From NCBI RefSeq assembly GCF_030028105.1, contig NC_092396.1, forward strand, positions 20,605,820 to 20,669,819: 64,000 bases of DNA, given 5' to 3'. The DNA comes from Mobula birostris. Taxonomy: Eukaryota. Below the pieces are notes generated by a model. It did not search any database. It saw only the letters and a list, made by a program, of their open reading frames with translations, and was not told where the DNA came from. Position numbers and translations under genes: made by a program. Positions 26,501 through 39,176 of the stretch are shown in pieces; the first letter of the stretch is position 1, and every line of letters starts with the position of its first letter.

Positions 26501-29500
26501 AAGGATAAAACAATTAAATGAGAGTGAATTGGTGCAATTTCTCAGTGGTGAAACCAGAATATATTTTGATTGGCGATGTTTCGAAAGTCTTCTGGTACTG
26601 CTGCTTGTATTACAAGATCTGTGAAGAGTGGTGCAATGGATTTATTTCTATGTCTATGTTAGAATTGTTCTAGATTTTTCCCTGGCAAAATTTGATTTCT
26701 AAGGTACCTTTACTTCAACGTAAAATAATAGTTTCCCGTAAGAATATCTTGTGATTCTTGGGCAACATGTCTAAAGTAGCTTAATTTGGGTCAGAAGGTG
26801 TATTGTGTGGAAGAAATGGAATGGTGTGCTGTTTCTTCGTGCTACTTGAGGTTTGTAAACTAGTGAGCTGTTGTGCCGAGGGCTGATGTACTTTAGCGCA
26901 CTAGTTTCTGCTAGTGAGCTCTGACGGTGGACTGACAGTCACAGAAGTCTGCAGTGCAACAGGTGGTGATTTTGAACACTGCTTCTGCCAGCTCTTCGAA
27001 ACGGCTGCTTAGTTGGTCCCTCGCCCTTGCTTTCCTCCACACACCCCTCATAACCTTGTAAACTCATCCTCTATGAATACATCCAGAGTGGCTAAGGGAC
27101 CTGACTTCCACTTTTCCACAGGTCTTGGCTACCTTCTGTGCAGAAATTTCTCCATGTTCCTTCTTATTATTTTGTCAGTCTATAAACTCTTGTGATTGCT
27201 TTATACAGCTGCAACCACATGAACCTTTCATGTATTCTGTCTGAGGCAAACTCTTTTTTCCATTAGTATGCAGGCAAAATTGCACCTGTGAGTTGTTGCA
27301 TTGGGAACAAATGCACTAGTGAACTGTGGGACTGACTATCAACTACTGTGGGTTTATTGTCTGACTTTCCTTATTTTGTAGCTTAAATAACAATTGAATA
27401 AAATGGATCTGAATTTCTGAAGTGAGAAATAGAAGTAACTGGAAACTGAATTGGTGCAAATGACCAATAGAAGTAAGAACAAGTGCTGACACAGATGTTT
27501 GCCCCAAAACATTGTCAGTTTATTCCCCCCACCCCACAACTCTGCCAACCACCAGATGCTGCTCAGCTGGCTGCATTCCTCCAGCAGACTGTTTATTGCT
27601 CCAGATTCCAGCATCGATAGTCTCTTGTGTCTCTATGGATAAGAAAAGGCCATTCAGCTCCTTGGATGTACTCCACCATTCAGTAGAATCATGGCTGATT
27701 GATTACTAAGATGTAATAGCACGTTTGGAAAATCAACCAGATGAAGCAAGGACAGCATGGCTTCATGAAGGAGCTATTGTGTCTGACATATTAAAGTTCT
27801 TTAGAAGAAGTCTCAACCAAAATTAGAGGGGAAGCAATACATGTACCTGGAAGTCCAGAGGACATTTGACAAGATGCTTGGTGAAATATTTATGTCACAA
27901 CTTGAGAGCCCACCGTATTGGAGGTAATATTGGCATGGATAAAGGATTAGGTAACAGCAAGTAGAGATGGGGGAGTTATTGAAGGTGGCAAACGTATGAA
28001 GTTTATAGGTAGGCTGGGAGAGTAAGGAAAAAAGGTTGGCAAATGGAACATAATGTGGGAAAATGTGAACATTGGTTCTGGAAGGAAGAACAAAAGATTT
28101 CTAAGAGAGAAAAAAAGTTGCCCAAATCCGCAGCATGAAGTACCGAAAGCTGGCACACGAATGCAGCTGGTATTAAGGAAAACTGGTGGAATATAGTCTG
28201 GGGATGTTTCCTGTCATGGAAGAGACTGAAGCCAGAGGGCATGATCTCAGAAAAGGAGTGGAGGGTGAGAGATAACTGGTAAACTATTCCAGTATACTCA
28301 ATATAAGTTTCTTAATTCATGAGTCTATGCAAGTCCTTGGTTCAGGGGACTTATTTAGGTAAGAATAATAAATGCAGTTATTAACAGTGCTGTTAGAATT
28401 CCTTGAATGGATATATATATATATAAAAGGCTTGAAAATGCAATCAAGTTTCACAACTGAGAAGCGACAAAATGCTCAAAGTTCAAAGCAAATTTATTAC
28501 CAAGGTTTGTTCATGTTGCTATGTATTAATCTGAGATCCATTTTCTTTTGGGCATTCACATTACCTTCAAAGAAACAATAGAATCATTGAAGACAATCTG
28601 CAAAGAAAGATGGGCAAACAACCAATGTGTAAAAAACAACAGACTGCAAATACAAAAAGAAAAGCAAATAATAAAAATAAATAAGTGATACATATTTTTT
28701 AGAACATGATTTGCACAGTCCTTGAAAATGAGTCCACAGGTTGTGGAATTAGTGCTGAGGTGATTGGAGTTAACTATTCTGGTTCAGGAGCCTGATGGTT
28801 GAAGGGCAGTAACTGTTCCTGAACCTGGTGTTGTGGGACCCGAGGCTCTTGAAACTCCTTCCTTTTGGCAGCAGCAAGAAGAGAGCATGTCCTGGATGAT
28901 GGGGATCCGTGATAATGGATGGTGCTTTCTTGTGGCAGTGCTCCTTGTAGATGTGTTCAGTGGTGGGGAGGGCTTTTCCTGTGATGAACTGGGCTGTATC
29001 CACCACTTCTGTAGGCCCTTCCATTCATAGGCTTTGGTGTTTCCATACCAGGCTGAGCATAACTCCTGTGTGGCTAGATAACTCAGTATTTCATTTTTCA
29101 TTGCATTTAATGGGCCATGTGTTACTGGTTGTGGCTGATTGTTTTGCTCATGGATAAGCACATCTTTGACCACATTTCTAGGATGGGCTAAGAGATTTAG
29201 GAGAAGGTATAGGAGAAGAATTAGTCCATTTGGCCCATCAAGTCTGTTCTACATCATGGTTGATCAATTTCCCTCACAGCCCCCATCTGCTACTTTCTCC
29301 CTATATCCATTCATGCCCTGATAAATCAAGAACCTAAAGCCTGTGCCATTAGAGGAAGTGGTTAAAAGGGAAAATACAGAATTTGAAAGATACTTACGTT
29401 GCACAATTGGATTTTTCCGTGACTTGATCTTTTTTCTGTTTTGTAGCTCTGACTCATTGCTGTCCCGTGTTGAGCAGCTCCTTCGAGCTTCAATTCTGAA

Positions 29501-32500
29501 GATCAGTGTCTGTGATGCAATTCTGGACACTAACCCTCCAGGTAGACATTTGATTGTAGTGCTTTTGTTGTACATTCACTGTTATAGCAAGCTAAGATGA
29601 CAGAGAATCTGACTGGATTGAATCTAATGTTGGGAGTGAGATCGTTTCTTCTCTAATAGGGAATTTATTTTTTCCCCTTTCTCTCCTGAAGGCATTTAAT
29701 TTTCTTGGGTTTGGTTTCCTGGGTTTCCATTACTTTCCAGAATCTGTAATTAGAATTGAAACCAAGAGATATGTGTGTGTTAGCTAAACTGTTTGGCTAG
29801 TTATTTTCTTGATATAAATTCCCTGAAGTTCCTTCTGACTACGGCACCTAGAGGCCTGCTAATGGTCAAGAAATAACAAAATGATAAACGATAGACCTGT
29901 TAGTCCGATAGCACTTGCTGTGAAAATACTGAAATTAGGAAATTGGTTACAGATAATTGGAAATTTGTAGACAGAGATGACATGCTTTTGTTAAGAGTAT
30001 CTATTTAACAAATCTAATTTGAGACCGTTGTGTCTAGATAACAGTATTTGATTTCCTTGTATTTAATGGGCCATGGCTGTGGCTAATTGTTTTGCTCATG
30101 GATAACTGCATCTTTGACCTCATTTCTTGGATGGGCTAAGTGACTTAGACTACAAGATATAAGAGCAGAGTTAGGCCATTTGGCCCATTTAATCTGCTCC
30201 AGTATTTCATAATGGCTGGTCTATTTCCCTCTCAGCCCCAATCTCCTGCCTTCTCTCCGTTTCTCTTCATGCCCTGACTGATCAAGAATCTATCAACCTG
30301 TGCCTCAAATATACCCAATGACTTGGCCTCCACAGCCACCCGTGGTAATGAATTCCACAGATTCGCCACTCTCTGCTTAAAGAAATTTCTCCTCATTTCC
30401 GTTCTAAACGGACGCCCCTCTATTCTGAGGGCCCTGTCCTCTGGTCTTCGACTCCGCTACCGTAGGAAATATTCTCTCCACATCCACTCTGTCAAGGCCT
30501 TTCACTATTCGATATGTTTCAATGAGATCTCTTCCCCCACCCCACCCCCCAAATTCTTCTGAATTCCAGTGAGTACAGGCCCAGAGCCATCAAATGCTCT
30601 TCATATGACTTGTACCAGTGAATCCATTTCTTGCTTCTGTTACTGGACTCTGAATGGAGCTCAGTGGTGGAACGCAGACATGATGGGAAAACTTTAAAAA
30701 AAAACTGCAAACTGCTGGAAATCTGAAATGAAAACAAAACGCTGGAAAAATTCAGCAGGCTAGGAAAGAGGAAGAGGTAATGTTTCGGATTTAGGACTGT
30801 TCATTAGAACTGATGAGGATTTGGGAAACCCATCTCTGCAATTATGTGGCAGCAAGACTGGTATAAAGTCAGAGGTCAGGATTTCCAACTTGAAAGTGAG
30901 GGAGGAAGAATATTTAAAATTTTATTTTCTTATTTTACTTTGTTTAAATGTTTTTATTTATTATGTCTGGAATGTATTTTAATTACTTTTAAAATTTAAA
31001 ACTTTTCGTAATTGTGGTATTTTAATAGTCTCTGAACATCAGATGTATTGAAACTCCTACAGAGCTTTACAGTCTTTGAGAGGAGCTGAGGCTCTGCCAT
31101 CTACCTGCTGTAAAAATCCGCTGGAGTTTGAGGGCAAGGCCTCGGGTATTGGCTTACCTTCTCTTTGCCAGACCATTCTGGGAGTAGTGAATCCTTGTAA
31201 GCTTGGAATAGGTGTGGGGAAGAGTATGACTGGTGTATGGTTGAATTCAGTGCAATGTGGAAGTTGTTAACACAAAATAAGGGCAAACTAGTTTTGGAGC
31301 AATAGAGGACTGGTAAGGGATGATATAGAGGAGGAATAAATGGGTGATTTTCAAGATGTAAACAGTCTGTCAGGGTTCTGCAAGAATGTACTCTGGGATT
31401 TTGGTTATTTACAATACATTTTATGATGTAGATGAAAGAATAATGTATTAGTTTAAATATGTATGGGAAAGTAAACTGTGAAGCAGATACAGCTTTAAGG
31501 ATGGGTTAAGTGAACAGGAGAAGGTGGTGTTGCAAATTATGATGTTCATCATTTGATAGGCAGACCAGAAATCCAGTGGCCCATTGAGTGCTGATCTGTT
31601 TTAATGTTGTTGGTCTGGGGAGAAAATTACTGAAATACTGGAGGACGGGGAATACAGAAGAAATCATCAAAACTTACCAGCTTGCTGAATGCAGCTGTGG
31701 TGTTTGCATTCACTCAGCCAGTGAAAGTGGAGTTCAGCGTATGAGAACATACAGTAATAATCCCATTTAACCTATTGAGTTAGCACATTTGTTCCCAGGA
31801 ATACATCCTGAGTAATAAGATACTAGTTTAAATGTTAGTGTTCAGTTGGTTTGATGGAGCAGTTGGTTTGGTGTGTGAAACACCTAGGCCCATCAAGTAG
31901 TTGGGAAGGCAACAGCAAGTTCACTTTTGAGAGGTGTTTGTCTACGTATGGGGATGTCTTTCTGCAATGACTACTGTGAGACTTCATTTGGAGCACTATC
32001 TGCATTTTCGTTTCTGTACAAAATTATACCTGGAAATGATACATTTGGATTCACTGAGTTGATCTCTGGGACGTGAAGATTGTCATTTAAGGATTGATAG
32101 AGTAACTTTTATCCATTGGAGTCCTGAATTATAGAGATGATCTCATTGTAACACAAAGGATCTGAGTGGAATTGGCAGGTACGTGGCAAAAAGCTGGGTT
32201 TTTTTGGCACGTAGCTGACAATCTCTCTCAGATCCTTTGGAGTGCCAAGAACTAAGAATCATAGCTTCAGGATAAAGGTTCACTATTTAGTTCTGAGAAG
32301 AGGAAGTCTTCACTCAGGGGGTTGTAAATCTTGGCAGTTTATATCAGTGGAAAACGGTTGTTCAGTTGAGTGCAATCAAGACAGATTTTAAAATATTTTT
32401 AGTTGAGAGGTTTTTTTTAAAAAAGCAAATGATTGGGCAGGAGAGAGCACCAGTGCTGCTTTTTGGATTATTGATTTTGATTTTTTATTCGTAACTTTTG

Positions 32501-35500
32501 CTGCTGTTCCAGAAGTTTGAGAGATTTAACGGGCCAGCAATTGAGCCTGGTATGTTCCAGGGCGTCTGACTCAATGCCAGGATTAATAAGTCATGCTAAC
32601 GGGGGAGTATGAGAGTTTCAAGAGCTGTGTTGTAGTGCTGGATCTGAATAGTGCTGTTTATTTCTAGGCTGTACCTTTACTGTGCTGGTTCATACAAGAG
32701 ATGTTGCCACTCGGAACATGGAGAAGATTCAGGTGATAAAGGTGAACAATCTTTTTAGGTAGACTTTACAATGGTTTGCGTGCTTAGCATGACATTTATT
32801 GATACTTGTATGCAGTTACTCTTGCATATATACTCAATGGGGGAGAGATTTTCCAAACGGCACTGAGTACTTAGAATTCAGACTTTGCTCTCTCTGCTTA
32901 GACTATCTATGTCCATTTTCTTCTCTTAGTGATTGCTCTCTCCTCTTTTAAAAAAAAATACAGCTCTTGTTCCCACCTAAAACTTCATTCTGGTAGAAAG
33001 AATAGAAAATACTCAACAACAACAAAAAACAATTTTAGTAACTGAAAATGTTGATCATGTCTGATTTTATATACGTGCAGGTATTGCAACCATATCTAGT
33101 GATTGGAGATGCGCCAACAAATGGTTATCTCTAACGCCCTCAACCCCCTTAGCATCTCAAATCACTTCTGTCTTGGCCAAAGTCAGAAATCAACAATGTC
33201 ACTTGTGACCCTTAACTCATGACCTATTGTTCCAGTCTCACCCAATCCCAGTGGAAAAAGCCTGCTTACATTCACCCTTGCTGTACCCCCCTTAATTTTG
33301 TTTACCTCTATCAAATCTTCCCTCATTCTCCTACACTCTAGGGAATAAAGTCCAAAGCCCTATAATTCAGGTCCAAAGATCCTGGCAACATCCTTGCAAA
33401 CGTTTTCTGCACTCTTACAATCTTATTGATATTTTTCTTGCACGTAGGTGACTAGAACTGCACTCAGTACTCCAAATTAGGCCTTACCAACGTCTTATAT
33501 GTACAACTTCAACTTAACATCCTAACTCCTGTACTCAATACTCTGATTTATGAAGGCCATTGTGCCTTAAGTTCTTTTTACAACCCTATCTGGATGTGAT
33601 TCCTTGATCTGGGAATACAAATCAAGGAATTATGGTTCTGTATTCCCAGATCCCTCTGTTCTACTGCACTTCTCAGTGCTCTAACACTCAGAGTTTAAGT
33701 CCTACCCTGGTTTGTCCTCCCAAAGTGCAACACCTCACAGTTGTCCGCATTAAATTTCATCTGCCATTTTTCAGCCCATTTTTCCAGCTGCTCCAGGTCC
33801 TGCTACAAGCTTTGATAGCCTTCCTCACTGATCATTACACCTTGGTCTTGGTGCCATCTGCAGATTTGCTGATCCAGTTAATCACATTATCATCCAGATC
33901 AATGATAAATAGATGACAATCATCAATGGACCCAGCACTGCTCCCTGTGACACACCATTAGCCACAAGCCTCCAGTCAGAGAGGCAACCATTTACTACCA
34001 CTGGCTTCCTCCATGAAGTCACTGTCTAGTCCAATTTACTACCTCATCTTGAATGCCGAGTGAACCTTCTTGACCAACCTTCCATTTAGTTGTCAAATGC
34101 CCTGCTAAAGTCCATGTAGACAACATCCACTGCCTTGCCTTCATCAATTTTCCTGATAACCCCCTCGAAAAACTCTATAAGATTGGTTAGATATGGCCTA
34201 CCGTGCACAAAACCATGTTGACCATCCCTAATCAGTCTCTGTCTATCCAAATACTAATATATCCAGTCCCTTAGAATACCTTCCGATAACTTGCCCACTA
34301 CTGATGTTAGGCTCACTGATTTATAATTTCTAACTTATTCTTAGAGACTTTCTTAAATAATAGAACAACATTAGCTATCCTTCACTCTGCTGGCACCCCA
34401 CCTGTTGCTAAGGACGTTTTAAAAATCTGCTAGGGACTCTGGAATTTCTGTTCTGGCCTCCCAAAAGGTTGGAGGGAACAGCTTGTCAGGATTTAGGAGA
34501 TTTATCTACCCTAATTTCCCTCAAAACAGCATCCTCTCTAATCTGTGTAGAGTTCACGACGTCCATGCTGTCCATAGACTGCATGTCCATCTCCTGAGTA
34601 AACACAGATGCAAAATATCCAATTAAGAGCTCCCCGTCTCTCTCAGTTCCATGCATGGATGAGTACTCTGATCTTCAAGAGAACCAATTTTGTCCAGTGC
34701 TATCCTTTTGCTCTTAATATATCTTGGGATTCTTCTTCACCTTGTCTGCTAGAGCAACCTCATGCCGCCTTTTTGCCCTCCTGATTTCCTTCCTAAGTGT
34801 TCTCTTATACTTCTCAAGTACCTCATTTGTTTCTTCCTGCCTGTACCTGCTATGCAACTCCTTAATATCTCTCAAAAACCAAGGTTCATTAAACCTGTTA
34901 TCGTTGCGGTTTATTCTGACAGGAACATACAAAATCTGTACTGTCAAAATTTCACCTTTGATGGCCTCCCACTTACGAAGCACACTTTTGGCAGAAAACA
35001 ATGTGTCTCAATCTACTCTTGCCAGTTCCTTTCTGATACCATCAAAATTGGCCTTTCTCCAATTTAGAATATCAACCTGAGGACCAGACCTATCCTTCTC
35101 TATAATTATTTTGAAAGTAATGGCATGATCACTCGATGCAAGGTGTTCCCATTCACGAATCTCCGTCAGCTACCCTGTCTCATTCCCTAATAGGAGATAC
35201 AGTTTCTCACACTCTCTAGTTGGGACTTCTATGTATTGATTAATGAAACTTTCTTGAATACATTTGACAAGCTCTATCCCATCTAGCCCTTTTAGAATAT
35301 GAGAGTCCCAGTCAATATGTGGAAAGTTAAAATCACCCTCCACAACCGTGTGTTTGTTGCAACAATCTGCAGTCTCTCTACAAATTTTCTCCTAAATCCC
35401 ACTAATTCTAGGGTGGTTTATAATAGAAGCCCGTTAATGTGGTCATCCCTTTCATATTCCGTAGTTCCATCCATATAGCCGCAATAGACAAGCTTTTCAG

Positions 35501-38235
35501 TTTGTTCTGCCTGAGCACTGCCTTGACACTTGCTCTGACTACTAATACCACCCCTCCATCATGTCTAAAACAATGGAACTCTGGAACATTAAGCTATCAG
35601 AACTGCCCCTCCTGTAACCAAGTCTCACTAATGGCTACAATGTCATAATTCCACGTGCTGATCTGTGCCCAAAGCTCATCCTGCCTTCCTACAATACTTC
35701 TTGCATGAAGTATACATAATTCAGAACATTAGTCCCACTATGCTCAACATTTTGGTTCCTGATTTTGTAGATGGACTTAACAACATAGTTCCCTACAACG
35801 GCTCCACTAACTGCTCTGTTAATCTGGTTCCCACATCCTTGCAACTCCAGTTTAAACCTTCCTCTGCAGCACTAGCAAACCATTCTCACCAGGATATTAA
35901 TCCCCCTCCAATTCAGGTGCAAACCGTCCCATCTGTACAGGTCCCAGCTTCCCTAGGAGAGAGCCCAATGATCCTAAAATCTGATGCCATCCCTCCTGTA
36001 CCATCTCCTCAGCCATGTGCTAAACCATATTATGTTCCTACTTTTGGCTTCCCACATATCAGTGAGTAATCCTGAGAACACAACCCTGGAGGTCCTGTCC
36101 GTAGCACCTAGGTCCTTGAACTCACTTTGCAGAACCTCCTCACCTTTCTACCCATTGCATTGGTACCAATGTTGACCACAGACAATAGGTGCAGGAGTAG
36201 GCCATTCAGTCCTTCGAGCCAGCACCATCATTCACTGTGATCATGGCTGATCACCCACAATTAGTACCCTTTTCCTGCCTTCTCCCCATATCCCTTCATT
36301 CCGCTATCTTTAAGAGCTCTATCTAACTCTTTTTTGAAAGAATCCAGAGAATTGGCCTCCACTGTCTTCTGAGGCAGAGCATTCCACAGAATCACAACCC
36401 TCTGTGTGAAAAAGTTTTTCCTCAACTCCGTTCTAAATTGTCTACCCCTTATTTTTAAACTGTGGCCTCTGGTTCTGGACTCCCCCAACATCGGGAACGT
36501 TTCCTGCCTCTAGCGTGTCCAATCCCTTAATAATCTTATATGTTTCAATCAGATCCCCTCTCATCCTTCTAAATTCTAGTGTATACAACCCCATTCGCTC
36601 CAATCTTTCAACATATGACAGTCCCACCATCCTGGGAATTAACCTCGTGAACCTACGCTGCTCTCCCTTAATAGCTAGAATGTCCTTCCTCAAATTTGGA
36701 GACCAAAACTGCACACAATACAGCCTCTGGTTACTCCCTCTTCCACTTAACAATGCAGTCAACTCAATCTGAGATGTCTCTGACTCTGGCACTTGGGAGG
36801 TAATGTACCCAATAGGAATCTTGTTCTTGTCCACAGAACCTGCTTTCTTTTTCCCCTAACCATTGAAACCCCTCTCGGTACAGCTCACCTCTTCTCCCCT
36901 CTTCCCTTCTGAAACACAGAGCCGTACTCATTGCCAGAGACCTGACTGCTGCTGTGGCTTTCCTCTGCTAGGTCATTCCCCCCCCCCCCCAACTGTATCC
37001 AAAGTGGTATATGTGTTAATGAGAGGAACAGTCACAGGGATATGCTGAACATCATGCCCATATCTACTAATTCCACTTTCCTGCATATACTCTGTACCTG
37101 GCTCATTGAAGTATCTGTCCAAATTCCTCTTAAATAGCGTTACTGACCCTGCCTCCTCTACCAGCTCATTGCAGATACTAGTTACACTTTATATGAAAGA
37201 TTTACTGCTCAGATCCACTTTAAGCCTTCTTTTCACCTTGTACCTATGCCCTTTAGTTTTAAACACCTCTTCCATGGGAAACCAACATTGATTATCTACC
37301 TGATCTATATCACTCATAATTTTATGAATTTCTTGCATGTCTCCAGGATTCCTTCATTTCAGAGTAGACAGACCCAGCCTATCTGATCTCTCCTTGTAAG
37401 TCAAACCCACCAATCCAGGCAGCATCCTTCTGAGTCTTGTCTGCATCCTTTCCGGCTTAATCACGTACTTATAACCTGGCAACCAGAACCGCACACAGCA
37501 CTCCAACTGTGGCCGAACCAAAGTTTTGTACAATGGGAATTTGGTGTTTCCAACTACTATACTTAGTGCCTTGGCTAATGAAGGCAAATATGCCATATGC
37601 TGCCTTCAGACTGGAGCAATTCAAGGTGGCTGGCCGCCTTCTGGCAAGTAGAGGATAGCCATTTTGCAGTAAACGGAAAATAAGAGTGTTGTCACTTGCT
37701 GCCTTACTGATCTGTTTAATTCCAATCAGGATTTCCCATGGATTCATGCAGATGAACAAGAAGTGAATATGCGAGAACCTAGGCTAATTCCGCTGAAAAC
37801 CATGACTTCAGATATCTTAAAGGTAACACATTTTGGCACAAAATATCTTGTGTTGCATTTGTGGTTGATTTGATAGTAGTTTCTGTGCACTTAAAGGACT
37901 AAGTTCTTCAAAGCTTAATGAAAAATTATCCGAACCTGTTGCAGAATATATATACCATTAGTAGAAAATTCCATAGTTGGGATAATCTATTTGGTTTTAT
38001 AACTATCTGAACCCATTGGCTAAATATGTGAAGTTGTAGAGTTAAGAGTGATTCATTGTGAATGCTGCATCATGGTTTTCATTTTAAGAAAATTACATGA
38101 TTCCTGACTGCTTTAGTCTGCTTTTTGCATGGTACTGTTTATATTCACAGCAGTGCAGACACATGATTCATGTGCCTTTTGTTTCGTTTATAGATGCAAT
38201 TATATGTTGAAGAGAGAGCTCAGAAAATATTTTGA
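20540..38235 (+). CDS. MAD2L2: Mitotic spindle assembly checkpoint protein MAD2B / REV7 (HORMA domain), complete spliced CDS of 636 nt, 211 aa
   Basis: Exon sizes 40+119+72+101+95+74+93+42 = 636, all GT-AG. Translation [70 protein letters not shown]...[27 protein letters not shown] is near-identical to vertebrate REV7. Confidence 0.98.
20930..21048 (+). CDS. MAD2L2: MAD2L2 coding exon 2
   Basis: ttctccag|TG GTT GCA...GTA CAG|gtaagt. Confidence 0.97.
21581..21652 (+). CDS. MAD2L2: MAD2L2 coding exon 3
   Basis: ttgtag|[24 protein letters not shown]|gtgaga. Confidence 0.97.
22252..25570 (-). mobile_element. CR1-clade LINE, long degenerate copy (ORF1 esterase, EN and RT fragments, 3' tail)
   Basis: [20 protein letters not shown] (SGNH esterase ORF1); [15 protein letters not shown] and IVMGDFN (APE); KFADDMK and [19 protein letters not shown] (RT). 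Confidence 0.9.
25940..26105. mobile_element. Penelope-like terminal repeat with inverted partial copy and hammerhead core
   Basis: Perfect 22-bp inverted repeat at 25985-26006 / 26079-26100 enclosing CTGACGA-AGGGTCTCGGCCT-GAAA. Confidence 0.75.
26172..26272 (+). CDS. MAD2L2: MAD2L2 coding exon 4
   Basis: ctttag|[35 protein letters not shown]|gtgaaa. Confidence 0.97.
28478..29055 (-). mobile_element. Rex1-type LINE 3' fragment
   Basis: [14 protein letters not shown]...[36 protein letters not shown] plus tail. Confidence 0.8.
29447..29541 (+). CDS. MAD2L2: MAD2L2 coding exon 5
   Basis: ttgtag|[33 protein letters not shown]|gtagac. Confidence 0.97.
30150..30610 (-). mobile_element. CR1 LINE 3' fragment
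   Basis: [17 protein letters not shown]; 3' tail homologous to 22252-22700. Confidence 0.8.
32668..32741 (+). CDS. MAD2L2: MAD2L2 coding exon 6
   Basis: ttctag|[26 protein letters not shown]|gtgaac. Confidence 0.97.
33200..37040 (-). mobile_element. Degenerate CR1 LINE (RT, EN, ORF1 remnants) with a younger CR1 3' fragment inserted at ~36180-36721
   Basis: [19 protein letters not shown] and [38 protein letters not shown] motifs; ORF1 remnants on both sides of 36180-36721. Confidence 0.85.
37050..37610 (-). mobile_element. CR1 LINE 3' fragment
   Basis: [17 protein letters not shown]. Confidence 0.75.
37730..37822 (+). CDS. MAD2L2: MAD2L2 coding exon 7
   Basis: aatcag|[31 protein letters not shown]|gtaaca. 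Confidence 0.97.
38194..38235 (+). CDS. MAD2L2: MAD2L2 last coding exon
   Basis: ttatag|[16 protein letters not shown]. Confidence 0.96.
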   Translation: MQLYVEERAQKIF

Positions 38236-38806
38236 CTCCATGGCTGCAATACCAAGTGGAACATAAGTTCTAAGGCACTGGGTGTACTTCGTCACTGAAA
38301 TTTGTTGCACACAGAAGAAAACGTGTGAAACGTGAAACCTAATATGGAATCATATCCTGAAATGGAATTTGTGGATGGGTTTTAACACTTTTGTATTGTG
38401 ATGATAGCTTGTAGTTTGACTATGTGCATGTGTTGTGCTGACTGCATTAAGTGTGAAGTGAACTTGGCTACAAATTAAAAGGCTGAGTCAGGGTTAGAAA
38501 ATAACTGATTGCACATTTCAAGATATGGTCAGTAGACTATCCAAGAATGGTGTACGTCAATGTAATGATACCATACAAATGTATAAGCTACAATTTAGAA
38601 ACTACAGTGCTGACATCTGTCAGCTTCTTTGAAGAATTACTCATCTGTAAGAAGTCTATCTTTCAAGGGGAGAGAGCAGGACCTTGAAGGAGAGCAGTTT
38701 TATTCTATTAGGGAGTGAACCTAGTACAAGAATTTTTTTTATGAAAATCTAAATGTGAGGCAGGTGTGTTTGTTTTTTAACTTTAAAATAACAAATGAGA
38801 AACGGA

Positions 38807-38816
38807 AATAAATAAA
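38807..38816 (+). terminator. Candidate MAD2L2 polyadenylation signal (overlapping AATAAA x2)
   Basis: AATAAATAAA about 570 nt after the stop codon, followed by T-rich sequence. Confidence 0.55.
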
Positions 38817-39019
38817 ATTATCACTTTTTAATCTTGCCGTACAGAATGGTTGACATTATTATCTGCACATATACATGCTGTTAATGTTTTTAAGGAAAAA
38901 TTGCTCTTAGACCTGACCACTTAGGAATTGTTTCAATTGTTCCACTCTGAGGCACAACAGTTTTTCTCAACCCATTGGTTTCTGTCTGAAAGTTCATTTT
39001 TATTCATACCCTTTCATCA

Positions 39020-39176
39020 CCCAAGAAGGCAGAGGAGAATGACAGAGCTAAGATCCTCTGGGACTTCCAAATACAGACTGAAAAGGAGGTACTGGCAAAC
39101 CAACCGGACATAGTAATAGTGGACAAGGAACAGAAGAAAGCAATGTTAATCAATGTGGCAATCCCGAATGACACAA
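39020..39176 (+). mobile_element. R4/Rex6-type non-LTR retrotransposon fragment (restriction-like endonuclease domain)
   Basis: Frame from 39032 reads EENDRAKILWDFQIQTEKEVLANQPDIVIVDKEQKKAMLINVAIPND, the PD..(D) REL motif; not shown in the ORF track. Confidence 0.75.
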
